Assembly (NCBI GenBank): GCA_046070685.1
Contig: JBJTMU010000010.1
Location: 18,480-82,479, forward strand
From: Flavobacteriales bacterium
GTDB taxonomy: Bacteria > Bacteroidota > Bacteroidia > Flavobacteriales_D > Crocinitomicaceae
Length of the DNA stretch: 64,000 nt
Direction of reading: 5' to 3'
The notes beneath the pieces were generated by a model. The model made no database searches, was not told the DNA's origin, and worked only from the letters and a program-made list of their open reading frames with translations. Position 1 is the first letter of the stretch. Each line of letters opens with the position of its first letter. Shown here in pieces: positions 54,382 through 63,151 of this stretch. The translations under genes were made by a program, and so were the position numbers.

Positions 54382-56064
54382 TTATTTTTTCACAAATCGT
54401 TTCATGAAAACTTGATCTGCAGAAATAAATCGAATTTGATACATTCCTTGATTCAGCTGTTCCGTGTTAATTTTCATCAACTTAGAGTTTACTGTTAATT
54501 TCATCAATAATTTACCGTTCATATCCATGATTTCAATGGATTTAATTTGGTCAATTTGATTAGAAAAATCAAGTGTTAATTCGGCATCTGTTGGATTTGG
54601 GAACATGAGTATAGCATTATTCGCGCTCAACTCATCGAAACCTACTCCAGAACAAGGGTTTCCTGAGCCAGAAAACTCGAGAACACCTGTATTGCTTGGA
54701 TCTAACCAAGGTTTTAATTGAAGGTTTGCTGCTGTTCCGTTACTTGTCCAGTGGAATGCTACTTTACCATATTCGTCCGGAGAAGTTTGTGCGGTACAGT
54801 AAGAGCCACCACCTGTTAATGTGCCAATTACATACCCTTGAGAGGCATTAAATAAAGGTGAACCAGAAGAACCACCTTCCGTTACGCCATATCCATTTGA
54901 ATTAGAAGTCCACATCACACGCCAGTGAGATCCTGAAGCCGTTCCCCATTGTGTACTTACAGTTGATCCAGAGAATGTCGAAATCTTTTTAATGTCACCC
55001 GCTGGATGATGAATTCCAACACCACCTGTCGTTGCAGCAGTATTGGCATTCCAACCATTCCAATAAGCGTTGAAAGCTGTTGATTTTAATTGAGTGATGA
55101 TATTTGCTTCATTTGTAGCTGATCCCATTTTTACTAATAAAAAGTCAGAACCTGAATTTCCTCCACCATCATTTGCATCAGCAATTCTTAAACATCCTGT
55201 GATGTAATGACTTGCCAAATTTCCAGCACTTGTTGGATTTGTACATGTTGGTGCTTCGTATCCAAAATAGAATTTCCATTGTGTCATATTCGCTGTAGTG
55301 GCATTTACACCGCAATGTAAGGCCGTAAGAAAATATGGTTTGCAATCAGAAGCTGTATTGTTGATCAAGGTGCCTGAACACCATCCTGCTTGTGTTCCTT
55401 CTACCACATATAAACGAGCAACACCTCTTTTTTGCTTTTGCCAGCTGTCACCAATTGGACTGCAATTTACGTTTACTTCACATGCATCTGATTCATTGAT
55501 TTTAGCCAAGTTTGGATTGCCCGTTGAACGATAATTGTACATGATGCGATCCATGTCGATTTCTGATGGCGTCGTAAATTTTGGTTCTGTTAAGGTTAAC
55601 AACAATTTATCGCCAAAACAAAGTGCGGCATTCTGACGAAAATGTTCTTCCACATCTGCTGCGGTCATCACAGCGTGCACATCTTGCCCTTTCATGTTCT
55701 GAATACGAAGAGTTGTCCCGCCATATAGTTTAAATGTTTCAAAAAGGAAACTAATAGCCTCCGCTCCAGGCGCAGAAACGATTAATTGCCACTGACGATC
55801 GCCATTCGGCAACGTTGACCAAATACCGCTATTGGCTGTGTTGACATTTGTTAAACGTGCCACAGCGATGCGATACAAAAGTCCTTGTTGATCTCTTTGA
55901 GCATCCTCTGCAGCTAATTTTTCGCGATCGGGTGCATCCACTGCTCGAACAGGAACTTGATCGACGGATTGTGTTTGATACATGTTGTTTGAGTCCGTGC
56001 GTCCAAATAAATTGAAACTCACAGAAAACAACATCACCAAGCTTGATAGTACTAATTTTTTCAT
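54382..56064 (-). CDS. Trypsin-fold (S1, lysyl-endopeptidase-like) serine protease with T9SS CTD
   Basis: Signal peptide and pro-region. The catalytic His context is CSGTLINN...FLTALHC and the Ser context is GGSSGSPLF. The C-terminus FPNPTDAELTLDF...GMYQIRF...FVKK is a type-A CTD. Confidence 0.8.
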   Translation of the reverse strand: MKKLVLSSLVMLFSVSFNLFGRTDSNNMYQTQSVDQVPVRAVDAPDREKLAAEDAQRDQQGLLYRIAVARLTNVNTANSGIWSTLPNGDRQWQLIVSAPGAEAISFLFETFKLYGGTTLRIQNMKGQDVHAVMTAADVEEHFRQNAALCFGDKLLLTLTEPKFTTPSEIDMDRIMYNYRSTGNPNLAKINESDACEVNVNCSPIGDSWQKQKRGVARLYVVEGTQAGWCSGTLINNTASDCKPYFLTALHCGVNATTANMTQWKFYFGYEAPTCTNPTSAGNLASHYITGCLRIADANDGGGNSGSDFLLVKMGSATNEANIITQLKSTAFNAYWNGWNANTAATTGGVGIHHPAGDIKKISTFSGSTVSTQWGTASGSHWRVMWTSNSNGYGVTEGGSSGSPLFNASQGYVIGTLTGGGSYCTAQTSPDEYGKVAFHWTSNGTAANLQLKPWLDPSNTGVLEFSGSGNPCSGVGFDELSANNAILMFPNPTDAELTLDFSNQIDQIKSIEIMDMNGKLLMKLTVNSKLMKINTEQLNQGMYQIRFISADQVFMKRFVKK

Positions 56065-56092
56065 GGTTTAATAGTTTGTTGTAATTTCACCT

Positions 56093-56100
56093 CAAAAATA
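56093..56100 (-). promoter_or_regulatory. Candidate -7 box TATTTTTG for the S1 protease gene
   Basis: Plus-strand CAAAAATA lies 28 nt upstream of ATG 56064, in the 61-bp divergent intergenic region. Confidence 0.35.
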
Positions 56101-56125
56101 GAACTTTTTCTTAATTTTCTGCGGT

Positions 56126-56809
56126 ATGTTGCGTGTTTGTTTGGTCGAAGATGAACAAAGTTTAGTGGAACTTATTTCCTTGAATTTGGAAATGGAAGGC
56201 TATCATGTTCAGTGCTTTACTGATGGTCAAGCCGCCCTTGAAATGTTATCCAAACCTTTTCATTTCGACCTAATCATTTTAGATGTTATGCTTCCCCATG
56301 TAAATGGATTTGATATTTGTCGGGAAATCAGAAAACATGATGCGACACCCATCTTATTTTTATCCGCAAAAGGAACAACTGCAGATCGTGTTGCTGGATT
56401 AAAATTGGGAGCCAATGATTATTTAGCGAAACCTTTTGACTTAGAAGAGTTACTGTTGAAAGTACAGATTCTCACGCAAGGATTGATAAATACTGAATCG
56501 AATCAATTTATGAAAATCGGCTCATTTCGGGTAGATTTCACCACCTTTAATGTGGAAAATGAATTAGGAGTGAATGTACATCAATTCTCCAAACGGGAAA
56601 TTCAGTTATTGGAATTGTTTCATGAAAAAGAAGGGAAAGTTGTTTCTCGAAATGAAATTTTGGATCGAGTTTGGGGTGCAGATCAATTCCCAACATCCCG
56701 TACCATCGATAATTACATTTTAGCTTTTCGAAAGTTATTTGAATCCGACCCAAAAAGTCCACAGCATTTTTTCTCTATTCGTGGAGTTGGCTATAAGTTC
56801 CTTTCTTAA
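56126..56809 (+). CDS. OmpR-family response regulator (no adjacent kinase)
   Basis: Receiver domain (VCLVEDEQSL, LIILDVMLP, KP) and winged-helix domain (RTIDNYILAFRKLF, GVGY). Confidence 0.9.
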   Translation: MLRVCLVEDEQSLVELISLNLEMEGYHVQCFTDGQAALEMLSKPFHFDLIILDVMLPHVNGFDICREIRKHDATPILFLSAKGTTADRVAGLKLGANDYLAKPFDLEELLLKVQILTQGLINTESNQFMKIGSFRVDFTTFNVENELGVNVHQFSKREIQLLELFHEKEGKVVSRNEILDRVWGADQFPTSRTIDNYILAFRKLFESDPKSPQHFFSIRGVGYKFLS

Positions 56810-58122
56810 TGAGCGCTGGCATCAATTTCTTCCGGACGATGTTCGTGTTTAAATAGGATGCCAAATAAAATCGCTACAACTAAACAGTAAATAGCGAATG
56901 TCACCCATGTAAAATGCCAATTGGTGCTTCCATCTGCTTGGGTAAAAAAGCGATCAATGACCCAACTACTTGTAACAGTACCGAAGTAAGCGCCAAATCC
57001 ATTGGTCATCATGATGAACAGTCCTTGAGCACTTGAACGCATGCTCGAATCTGTTGTGGATTCAATATACATGGATCCTGAAATCAAGAAGAAATCAAAT
57101 GCCATTCCGTAGATAATACAGGAAAGAACAATAAAAATGCTTCCCATTGGCATCATTCCAAACGCAAAAAATCCATAACGAAGCACCCACGCAAAAAGGG
57201 CAAAAAGCATCACTTTTTTCATTCCAAAACGCTTGAGGAAGAAGGGAATCGTTAGAATAAAAATTGTTTCCGAAAACTGCGAAATAGAGTAGATGATGGT
57301 TGAATATTTTTCTACAACAGATCCTTGAGGAAAACTGCTCAAAAAGGCATCACCATACATGTTGGATAATTGTAAAGCAGCTCCAAGTAACATTGAAAAC
57401 ACAAAAAATAGCGCCATTTTGTAATTGGCAAACAAGCGAAATGCATCGAGTCCAAGCATAGAGATGATGGACTTTTTATCCGCATTTTTTCCTTCTGGCG
57501 GACAAGCGGGTAGGGTGAAGGCATAAATACCAAGAAGAATCGCACTAATTCCAGCAATGACAAACTGTGTAGAATTGTCTTTACTTCCGCTTAAGTTTGT
57601 TGTCCACATGGCAGCGATGAATCCTACAGTTCCCCAAACACGAATTGAAGGAAAATCCTTTACAATGTTTCCGTTAAACATTTTGAGAATGCGATAAGAT
57701 ACCGCGTTGGAAAGTGATATTGTTGGCATGTAACAAATCATTCCTGCGAAAACAACCCAATACAGTACATCATATTCTGGCATTTTAGCAAAAAATGAAC
57801 TGTTTTCTTGCAGTAGGGAAAGATTTGGAATGAGCAGTAAAATCAAACCATAAGTAAGGTGAAGAATACCGTATAACCGTTCAGCTCTCATCCATTTATC
57901 AGCAATGATACCAACGATGGATGGCATTAAAATAGAAGATAGCGCCAAGGTTGAAAAGATCGCTCCAAATTGTCCAAATGACCAACCTTTTCCGACGGTA
58001 CAATAGGTTCCAATGGTGGTGAGCCATGCACCCCAAACGAAGAACTGTAAAAAGCTCATCGCGGTTAATTTGTATTTGATTGTACCTAGGGAGTTATTAA
58101 TCGCGTCGTTTAATTTCATCAC
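56806..58122 (-). CDS. MFS nucleoside:H+ symporter family transporter (NupG/XapB-like)
   Basis: N-terminus KYKLTAMSFLQFFVWGAWLTTIGTY resembles the NupG start as I recall it. About 12 TM segments. Confidence 0.75.
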   Translation of the reverse strand: MMKLNDAINNSLGTIKYKLTAMSFLQFFVWGAWLTTIGTYCTVGKGWSFGQFGAIFSTLALSSILMPSIVGIIADKWMRAERLYGILHLTYGLILLLIPNLSLLQENSSFFAKMPEYDVLYWVVFAGMICYMPTISLSNAVSYRILKMFNGNIVKDFPSIRVWGTVGFIAAMWTTNLSGSKDNSTQFVIAGISAILLGIYAFTLPACPPEGKNADKKSIISMLGLDAFRLFANYKMALFFVFSMLLGAALQLSNMYGDAFLSSFPQGSVVEKYSTIIYSISQFSETIFILTIPFFLKRFGMKKVMLFALFAWVLRYGFFAFGMMPMGSIFIVLSCIIYGMAFDFFLISGSMYIESTTDSSMRSSAQGLFIMMTNGFGAYFGTVTSSWVIDRFFTQADGSTNWHFTWVTFAIYCLVVAILFGILFKHEHRPEEIDASAH

Positions 58123-58687
58123 GTATTTTTGAGGCTAATTCATAATCTTCATTTTCAATCGCCTCTGCCAGTTGATTCGAAAGATCTTCTGAACTAGCAT
58201 TTCTCCATTCGTTTCCTTCGACAGCTTGACTTACATCAGCGTCATCTTCTTCTTCAAAATCAAATGATTCATCCGAAGAACTTTCAACGCCACCAACTTC
58301 ATCTAAAATTTGACTAAGTGTGAAAATAGGTGCGTTAAATCGTACACCAATGGCAATGGCATCGGAGGTTCGACTATCAATTTCTGTTTGCTGACCGTCT
58401 TTCTCGCAAATTAATTTAGAATGGAAAACGCCTTCGTGAAATTTATAAATTAAAATTTCTTTCACCGTCACCCCAAAAGATTTGCAGAAAGACTTAAACA
58501 AATCGTGCGTCAAAGGTCTTGATGGCACCATTTTTTCTAATTCAACAGCAATTGCTTGAGCTTCAAATCCACCAATGACAATTGGCAATTTTCTTTTCCC
58601 TGCGACTTCAAGTAGGGTAAGGACATAAGAGCCAGATTGAGTTTGGCTATAGGCAATCCCGGTTATTTCCAACTTGATTTTCTGCAT
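58097..58687 (-). CDS. Bifunctional nuclease (DNase/RNase, DUF151-type) with C-terminal UVR motif
   Basis: Core KRKLPIVIGGFEAQAIA...RPLTHDL, an acidic linker, and the UVR-like helix LAEAIENEDYELASKIRDEI. Confidence 0.7.
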   Translation of the reverse strand: MQKIKLEITGIAYSQTQSGSYVLTLLEVAGKRKLPIVIGGFEAQAIAVELEKMVPSRPLTHDLFKSFCKSFGVTVKEILIYKFHEGVFHSKLICEKDGQQTEIDSRTSDAIAIGVRFNAPIFTLSQILDEVGGVESSSDESFDFEEEDDADVSQAVEGNEWRNASSEDLSNQLAEAIENEDYELASKIRDEIKRRD

Positions 58688-58717
58688 ACGAGAAGTGATT
58701 TCTGACGAATATACGGA

Positions 58718-59659
58718 TTAATGTTGAGTTGCTTTGAAGCGTTTTACCGCCTCCGTTAATTTCGGTATAACATCAAACGCGTCACCTACAATACCATAAT
58801 CAGCTGCTTTAAAGAAAGGTGCTTCTGTGTCTGTATTGACCACAACAATCACTTTGGATCCATTCACTCCAGCCAAATGTTGAATTGCTCCAGAAATCCC
58901 AACAGCAATGTATAAATTTGGACGAATTGCAACACCCGTTTGACCAACGTGTTCGTGGTGAGGTCTCCATCCAATATCAGCTACTGGTCGAGAACATGCG
59001 GTAGCAGCTCCAAGGGCGCTTGCTAAATCTTCGATCATGCCCCAGTTTTCTGGACCTTTCAGTCCGCGTCCGGCTGAAACAACTAATTCAGCTTCAGGCA
59101 ATGGAATGTTTCCTTCTGGTTTTTTTGTTTCAAGCACTTGAATTGCACTCGATCCAGCAAGACCGCTGATTTCTTCTACACTACAAGAACCACCTGATTT
59201 TTCAGGTTGGATGCTGTTTGGAAGTAAGGAAATAATTTGTTTGCTACTGGCAACTTTTACGTATCCAACAGCTTTTCCTGAAAACACGTTTACTTTGATG
59301 GAACCGTCGTTTTCTGGCGTAGCAATAGCTCCAGCAATGAGTCCGGCTTTCATGCGAACCGACAGGCGAGGAGCAACGGCTTTACCATAAATGTCGTGTG
59401 AGAAAATGACTGTAGATGCAGAGGTTTGATCAGCAACTGCAGCTACAAGACGCGTTAATTGTTGCGGATCCTCTCCGTCAACCGAACGGTCTATTAATAC
59501 TTTCGTCGCGCCATATTCTCCAAGCTGAGCCAATTGTTCGTTAGAAGCAGATCCATTTGTAACGACTGTTACGTCACTGTTTAATTTTTTTCCGTAAGTT
59601 ACTGTTTCCAAAGCTGCTTTGGATAATCCAGTTGTTGAATTGATATATACGAGTACCAT
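58718..59659 (-). CDS. etfA: Electron transfer flavoprotein alpha subunit
   Basis: The FAD-binding C-terminal domain carries VVSAGRG, QTG...P.LYIAVGISGAIQH and VVVNTD. Confidence 0.9.
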   Translation of the reverse strand: MVLVYINSTTGLSKAALETVTYGKKLNSDVTVVTNGSASNEQLAQLGEYGATKVLIDRSVDGEDPQQLTRLVAAVADQTSASTVIFSHDIYGKAVAPRLSVRMKAGLIAGAIATPENDGSIKVNVFSGKAVGYVKVASSKQIISLLPNSIQPEKSGGSCSVEEISGLAGSSAIQVLETKKPEGNIPLPEAELVVSAGRGLKGPENWGMIEDLASALGAATACSRPVADIGWRPHHEHVGQTGVAIRPNLYIAVGISGAIQHLAGVNGSKVIVVVNTDTEAPFFKAADYGIVGDAFDVIPKLTEAVKRFKATQH

Positions 59660-59669
59660 GTGTCTTTTC

Positions 59670-60410
59670 TTAAATTACTTTTGCTTCATTGTGTAATAGA
59701 GCAACTAGCTCATCCATGTTGGAAGGATCAATCATCTTCACGGATGATTTGGCATTTGGCATACTATAAGCCACGTAGCTTGTTAAATCTTCCACTGCTT
59801 CTGCAGCAATGACAGTTAAAGGTTTTGTTCGAGCTGCCATGATTCCTCTCATATTTGGAATACGTTGTTCAGCCATACCTTTGGCACAAGAAACAACAGC
59901 TGGTGTTTGTACTTCAACCACTTGAACACCCCCAACGATTTCTCTTTCTAGGCTTAGTTTTGATCCATTCGCGTCCAATTTAGTCGCAAGTGAAATATAA
60001 GGTAAATCCATTGCTTCAGCAATCATTCCGCCAACTTGAGATCCATTGTAATTGATGGTTTCTTTACCAGTCAAGACAAGGTCAAATCCTTTTGATTTCG
60101 CGTAAGCGGATACTTGCATCGCTACAAAATAGGCATCTTTCGGATCTGCATCAATTCGAACTGCTTCATCTGCTCCAATTGCAAGGGCTTTACGAATCAC
60201 TGCTTCATCGGCAGCTGATCCAACAGTGACAATGGTCACGGTTCCTCCGATTGTTTCTTTTAATTCAAGAGCTCTGACAAGTGCATACCACTCATCGTAT
60301 GGATTAACAATAAATTGTACACCATTTTCATCAAATCGCGTATTATTTTCAGTGAACGCAATTTTAGAAGTCGTATCTGGAGCTTTACTGATGCAAACCA
60401 AAATGTTCAT
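59670..60410 (-). CDS. etfB: Electron transfer flavoprotein beta subunit
   Basis: MNILVCISKAPDTTSKI start and NPYDEWALVRALE-type motifs. It lies directly upstream of etfA. Confidence 0.9.
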   Translation of the reverse strand: MNILVCISKAPDTTSKIAFTENNTRFDENGVQFIVNPYDEWYALVRALELKETIGGTVTIVTVGSAADEAVIRKALAIGADEAVRIDADPKDAYFVAMQVSAYAKSKGFDLVLTGKETINYNGSQVGGMIAEAMDLPYISLATKLDANGSKLSLEREIVGGVQVVEVQTPAVVSCAKGMAEQRIPNMRGIMAARTKPLTVIAAEAVEDLTSYVAYSMPNAKSSVKMIDPSNMDELVALLHNEAKVI

Positions 60411-60433
60411 ATTCTAATCTTTTTAAAGTGATG

Positions 60434-60441
60434 CAAATTTA
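60434..60441 (-). promoter_or_regulatory. Candidate -7 box TAAATTTG for etfBA
   Basis: Plus-strand CAAATTTA lies 23 nt upstream of the etfB ATG at 60410. Confidence 0.4.
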
Positions 60442-60488
60442 AGGAAATTAATCTTCCAAAAAAGGACAAATTTTTGCTTTCGAAAAAA

Positions 60489-61397
60489 TTAATAATTCAA
60501 GGTCAAAGCAAACAAAACCGCAGTGAAAAATGTCAATAAAGCAACTTTCTTTAATTCACCATCCAACTTTGCTGGCTCAAGTGTTAAGAACACTTTTTTG
60601 AGGTGAATGAAAAGCAAAATACTTGGTATTAATGAAAGAAATAAGAAATAATTCATAGAGATCTTAGACAAAAAGTAAACGGTTGTCCATAAACACAATG
60701 CACCACCAATGATTAGGAAAGCATGATAATATTTTCCGCGATCAAAGCCAAGTTTAACCACCATGGTCATTTTTTGTGATTTGCGATCGTTTTCAATATC
60801 ACGTAGATTATTCAAATTTAGTACAGCTGTACTCCACAATCCAATGGTCACAGCAGGAAACAAGACCAACCATTCGAAGGAGAGTCCATAGAGTTGAAAA
60901 ACACCGAGAACACTAACCAGTCCAAAGAAAATAAATACCATTACATCGCCAAAACCGCGATATCCATAGGCATTTTTCCCTACGGTATATGTGATTGCTG
61001 CAAGCACACACAAGCCAGCGAGAATTAAATACACGAACATCGATTGAGAATTCAGGTTTTTAGAACTCACATAAATGAGTGAAACCGCTGAGAGGATTGA
61101 AAGAAATGAGGTAATAAAAATACCACGCTTCATCTCTTCTTTTGTCAGCAGTCCTGCTTGTATCGTACGTTCAGGCCCAACACGGTGTTCATTGTCTGTT
61201 CCTTTTTGACTGTCCCCAAGGTCGTTTGCAAAGTTAGAGACAACCTGAAAACCTACGGTAGTTAGCATTGCGAGCGCAAAAATAGTCCCATCCCATTTGT
61301 CTAAAACGGCCGCAAGACCTGATCCCAAAATAATTCCAGAAACAGATAGTGGGAGTGTTCTCAATCGAGCGGCATTGAGCCAAGCTTTCAATTTCAT
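60489..61397 (-). CDS. menA: 1,4-dihydroxy-2-naphthoate polyprenyltransferase
   Basis: UbiA-family membrane protein with WLNAARLRTLPLS, NDLGDSQKGTDN and NLRDIENDRK motifs. The start is taken at ATG 61397, which abuts the upstream stop, rather than 61442. Confidence 0.85.
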   Translation of the reverse strand: MKLKAWLNAARLRTLPLSVSGIILGSGLAAVLDKWDGTIFALAMLTTVGFQVVSNFANDLGDSQKGTDNEHRVGPERTIQAGLLTKEEMKRGIFITSFLSILSAVSLIYVSSKNLNSQSMFVYLILAGLCVLAAITYTVGKNAYGYRGFGDVMVFIFFGLVSVLGVFQLYGLSFEWLVLFPAVTIGLWSTAVLNLNNLRDIENDRKSQKMTMVVKLGFDRGKYYHAFLIIGGALCLWTTVYFLSKISMNYFLFLSLIPSILLFIHLKKVFLTLEPAKLDGELKKVALLTFFTAVLFALTLNY

Positions 61398-61398
61398 C

Positions 61399-61902
61399 TT
61401 ATTTTCGTTTAAAAATGGGAACAGTGGAACAAGGTTCGCCATACATGATAGACTGTACTTGACCTTGCAACTTCTCTAAGAGGCAAACCATGGCGAATTC
61501 TGGAGAAGCAATATCACTACATCCTTTAATAATCACTTTTCCTTTTTGAAAGGAACTTACATCAAATCGATCAATATTGCGTTTTATTAACGCTTTTTCC
61601 AAGTCTAATTTCGTTCCTACAACAACATAATTAGCAATCGAATGTAAGGCAGAGGCAACAAGCATATAAGCCCATGTTGGAATGATGGCATCGACAGAGC
61701 AGTGAATGTAAATAGCTTGTTGATCATAGTTTTCCCAAGGTTCAGATTTTATCCAAGTTCGAAAATCTTTTTCTTTTAATACCAAGCCTTGCCATAGCTG
61801 AGTTGCTAGGTCAATTTCAACAATTTTTTCTTTGGGTTTGAAATCCGCCAAGTCTAATTGGATGAGACCGCTTTCCTTGACCTTGTTTTTAATTTCGTCC
61901 AT
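61399..61902 (-). CDS. DUF2480-family protein
   Basis: 167 aa. The N-terminus IKNKVKESGLIQLDLADF matches my recollection of the flavobacterial DUF2480 family. Confidence 0.55.
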   Translation of the reverse strand: MDEIKNKVKESGLIQLDLADFKPKEKIVEIDLATQLWQGLVLKEKDFRTWIKSEPWENYDQQAIYIHCSVDAIIPTWAYMLVASALHSIANYVVVGTKLDLEKALIKRNIDRFDVSSFQKGKVIIKGCSDIASPEFAMVCLLEKLQGQVQSIMYGEPCSTVPIFKRK

Positions 61903-61998
61903 GCAACAAAGATAAGCGAATGTTAAAAATAGTCGATCACTTTTTTGGACAGTCTGTCAGTATTTTTATGAAGGCATAACTTTTGACAATCGTTCGCC

Positions 61999-62784
61999 AT
62001 GCAGCAGTCCTCACCATTTGAATCACATGTAAGAAATGCTATTCCTCCCGCTGTGGTGGTTCTGGTATTGATGTGGCTAATGTATTGGGCTGATTATCTT
62101 TTCATTTTTGATTTTCATCGATTGGGAGTCGTTCCAAAACAACTATCAGGATTAAAAGGAATCTTTTTTATGCCTTGGATTCATGCCCATTCGGATGTCA
62201 AACATATTTTGAATAATTCAATCCCTGCTTTTTTACTGATTAGTTTGTTGTTCTATTCTTACAAAGAAATTGCACTCAAGGTTTTTCTATTTAGTTGGAT
62301 ACTAACGGGATTATTTCTGTGGATTTTTGGCGCGAACAATGGTGCTCATCATATTGGAATGAGCGGTGTGATTTACAGCTTGGCAGCCTTTTTATTTACT
62401 TCTGGTGTTCTGCGAAAATATTTGCCATTACAAGCCTTATCTCTGTTCATCGTGTTTTTATACGGCTCGATGATTTGGGGTATTTTCCCCACCAAAGAAC
62501 GAATCTCATGGGAAGGACATTTGAGTGGGATGATCGTCGGTGTCATCTTGGCCTTCTTCTACCGTAAGCAGGGTCCTCAGCGTCCAAAATACCAATACGA
62601 AATAGAAAAAGAACTCGGAATTGAACCGCCAGATTTAGAAGGAATGTACCATGAGCGATTGCGTCAAATAGCTGAAGAGGAAAGATTAAAACAAGAAGCA
62701 ATTCAAAATAGTACGAGTGAAATCAAGGTGACCTACATCTACAAAGAAAATCCCAATCCTAGCCAAATGGATTCCTCCGAATAG
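61999..62784 (+). CDS. Rhomboid-family intramembrane serine protease
   Basis: Six TM segments, catalytic GMSGVIYSL (GxSG) and a later HLSGMIVGV His. Confidence 0.8.
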   Translation: MQQSSPFESHVRNAIPPAVVVLVLMWLMYWADYLFIFDFHRLGVVPKQLSGLKGIFFMPWIHAHSDVKHILNNSIPAFLLISLLFYSYKEIALKVFLFSWILTGLFLWIFGANNGAHHIGMSGVIYSLAAFLFTSGVLRKYLPLQALSLFIVFLYGSMIWGIFPTKERISWEGHLSGMIVGVILAFFYRKQGPQRPKYQYEIEKELGIEPPDLEGMYHERLRQIAEEERLKQEAIQNSTSEIKVTYIYKENPNPSQMDSSE

Positions 62785-62785
62785 C

Positions 62786-63151
62786 TTACTGGTTTTTCAC
62801 TGATAGGATTCGAAAAACACCCCAACCAATAAACACTCCTGAAATGTTGGCAAGAATATCTAAAATGGATTGTTCTCTTCCTGGTACCATTCCTTGTACT
62901 AATTCCATCAGTATGCCATAAGCAATGCAGAAAAGTAACACCGGAACGATTCGTTTGGAAAAGCGAGCCATCAAGCAGCAAACACTGAGAATGGAATAGG
63001 CGATAAAGTGATTGATTTTATCATTCGATGGAATCTCTACGCCAGATTTGGGTGGAATCAGACTTAATACCGAGATGCCTACTAGCACCCCAATGCTAAT
63101 GTAGGACCAAAATTTATTCTGTTTCATAGCCAAACTTTTGACCTTTTTCAA
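62786..63151 (-). CDS. VanZ-family membrane protein
   Basis: 121 aa with four TM segments and the DKINHFIAY motif. Confidence 0.7.
   Translation of the reverse strand: MKKVKSLAMKQNKFWSYISIGVLVGISVLSLIPPKSGVEIPSNDKINHFIAYSILSVCCLMARFSKRIVPVLLFCIAYGILMELVQGMVPGREQSILDILANISGVFIGWGVFRILSVKNQ

Noticed and set aside
61398-61442. 15-codon extension of menA overlapping the DUF2480 gene, and similarly the TTG start of the cyclase gene at 33714.
   Set aside because: In-frame ATG codons at 61397 and 33735 give compact, non-overlapping genes. The extensions carry no conserved sequence that I recognise.
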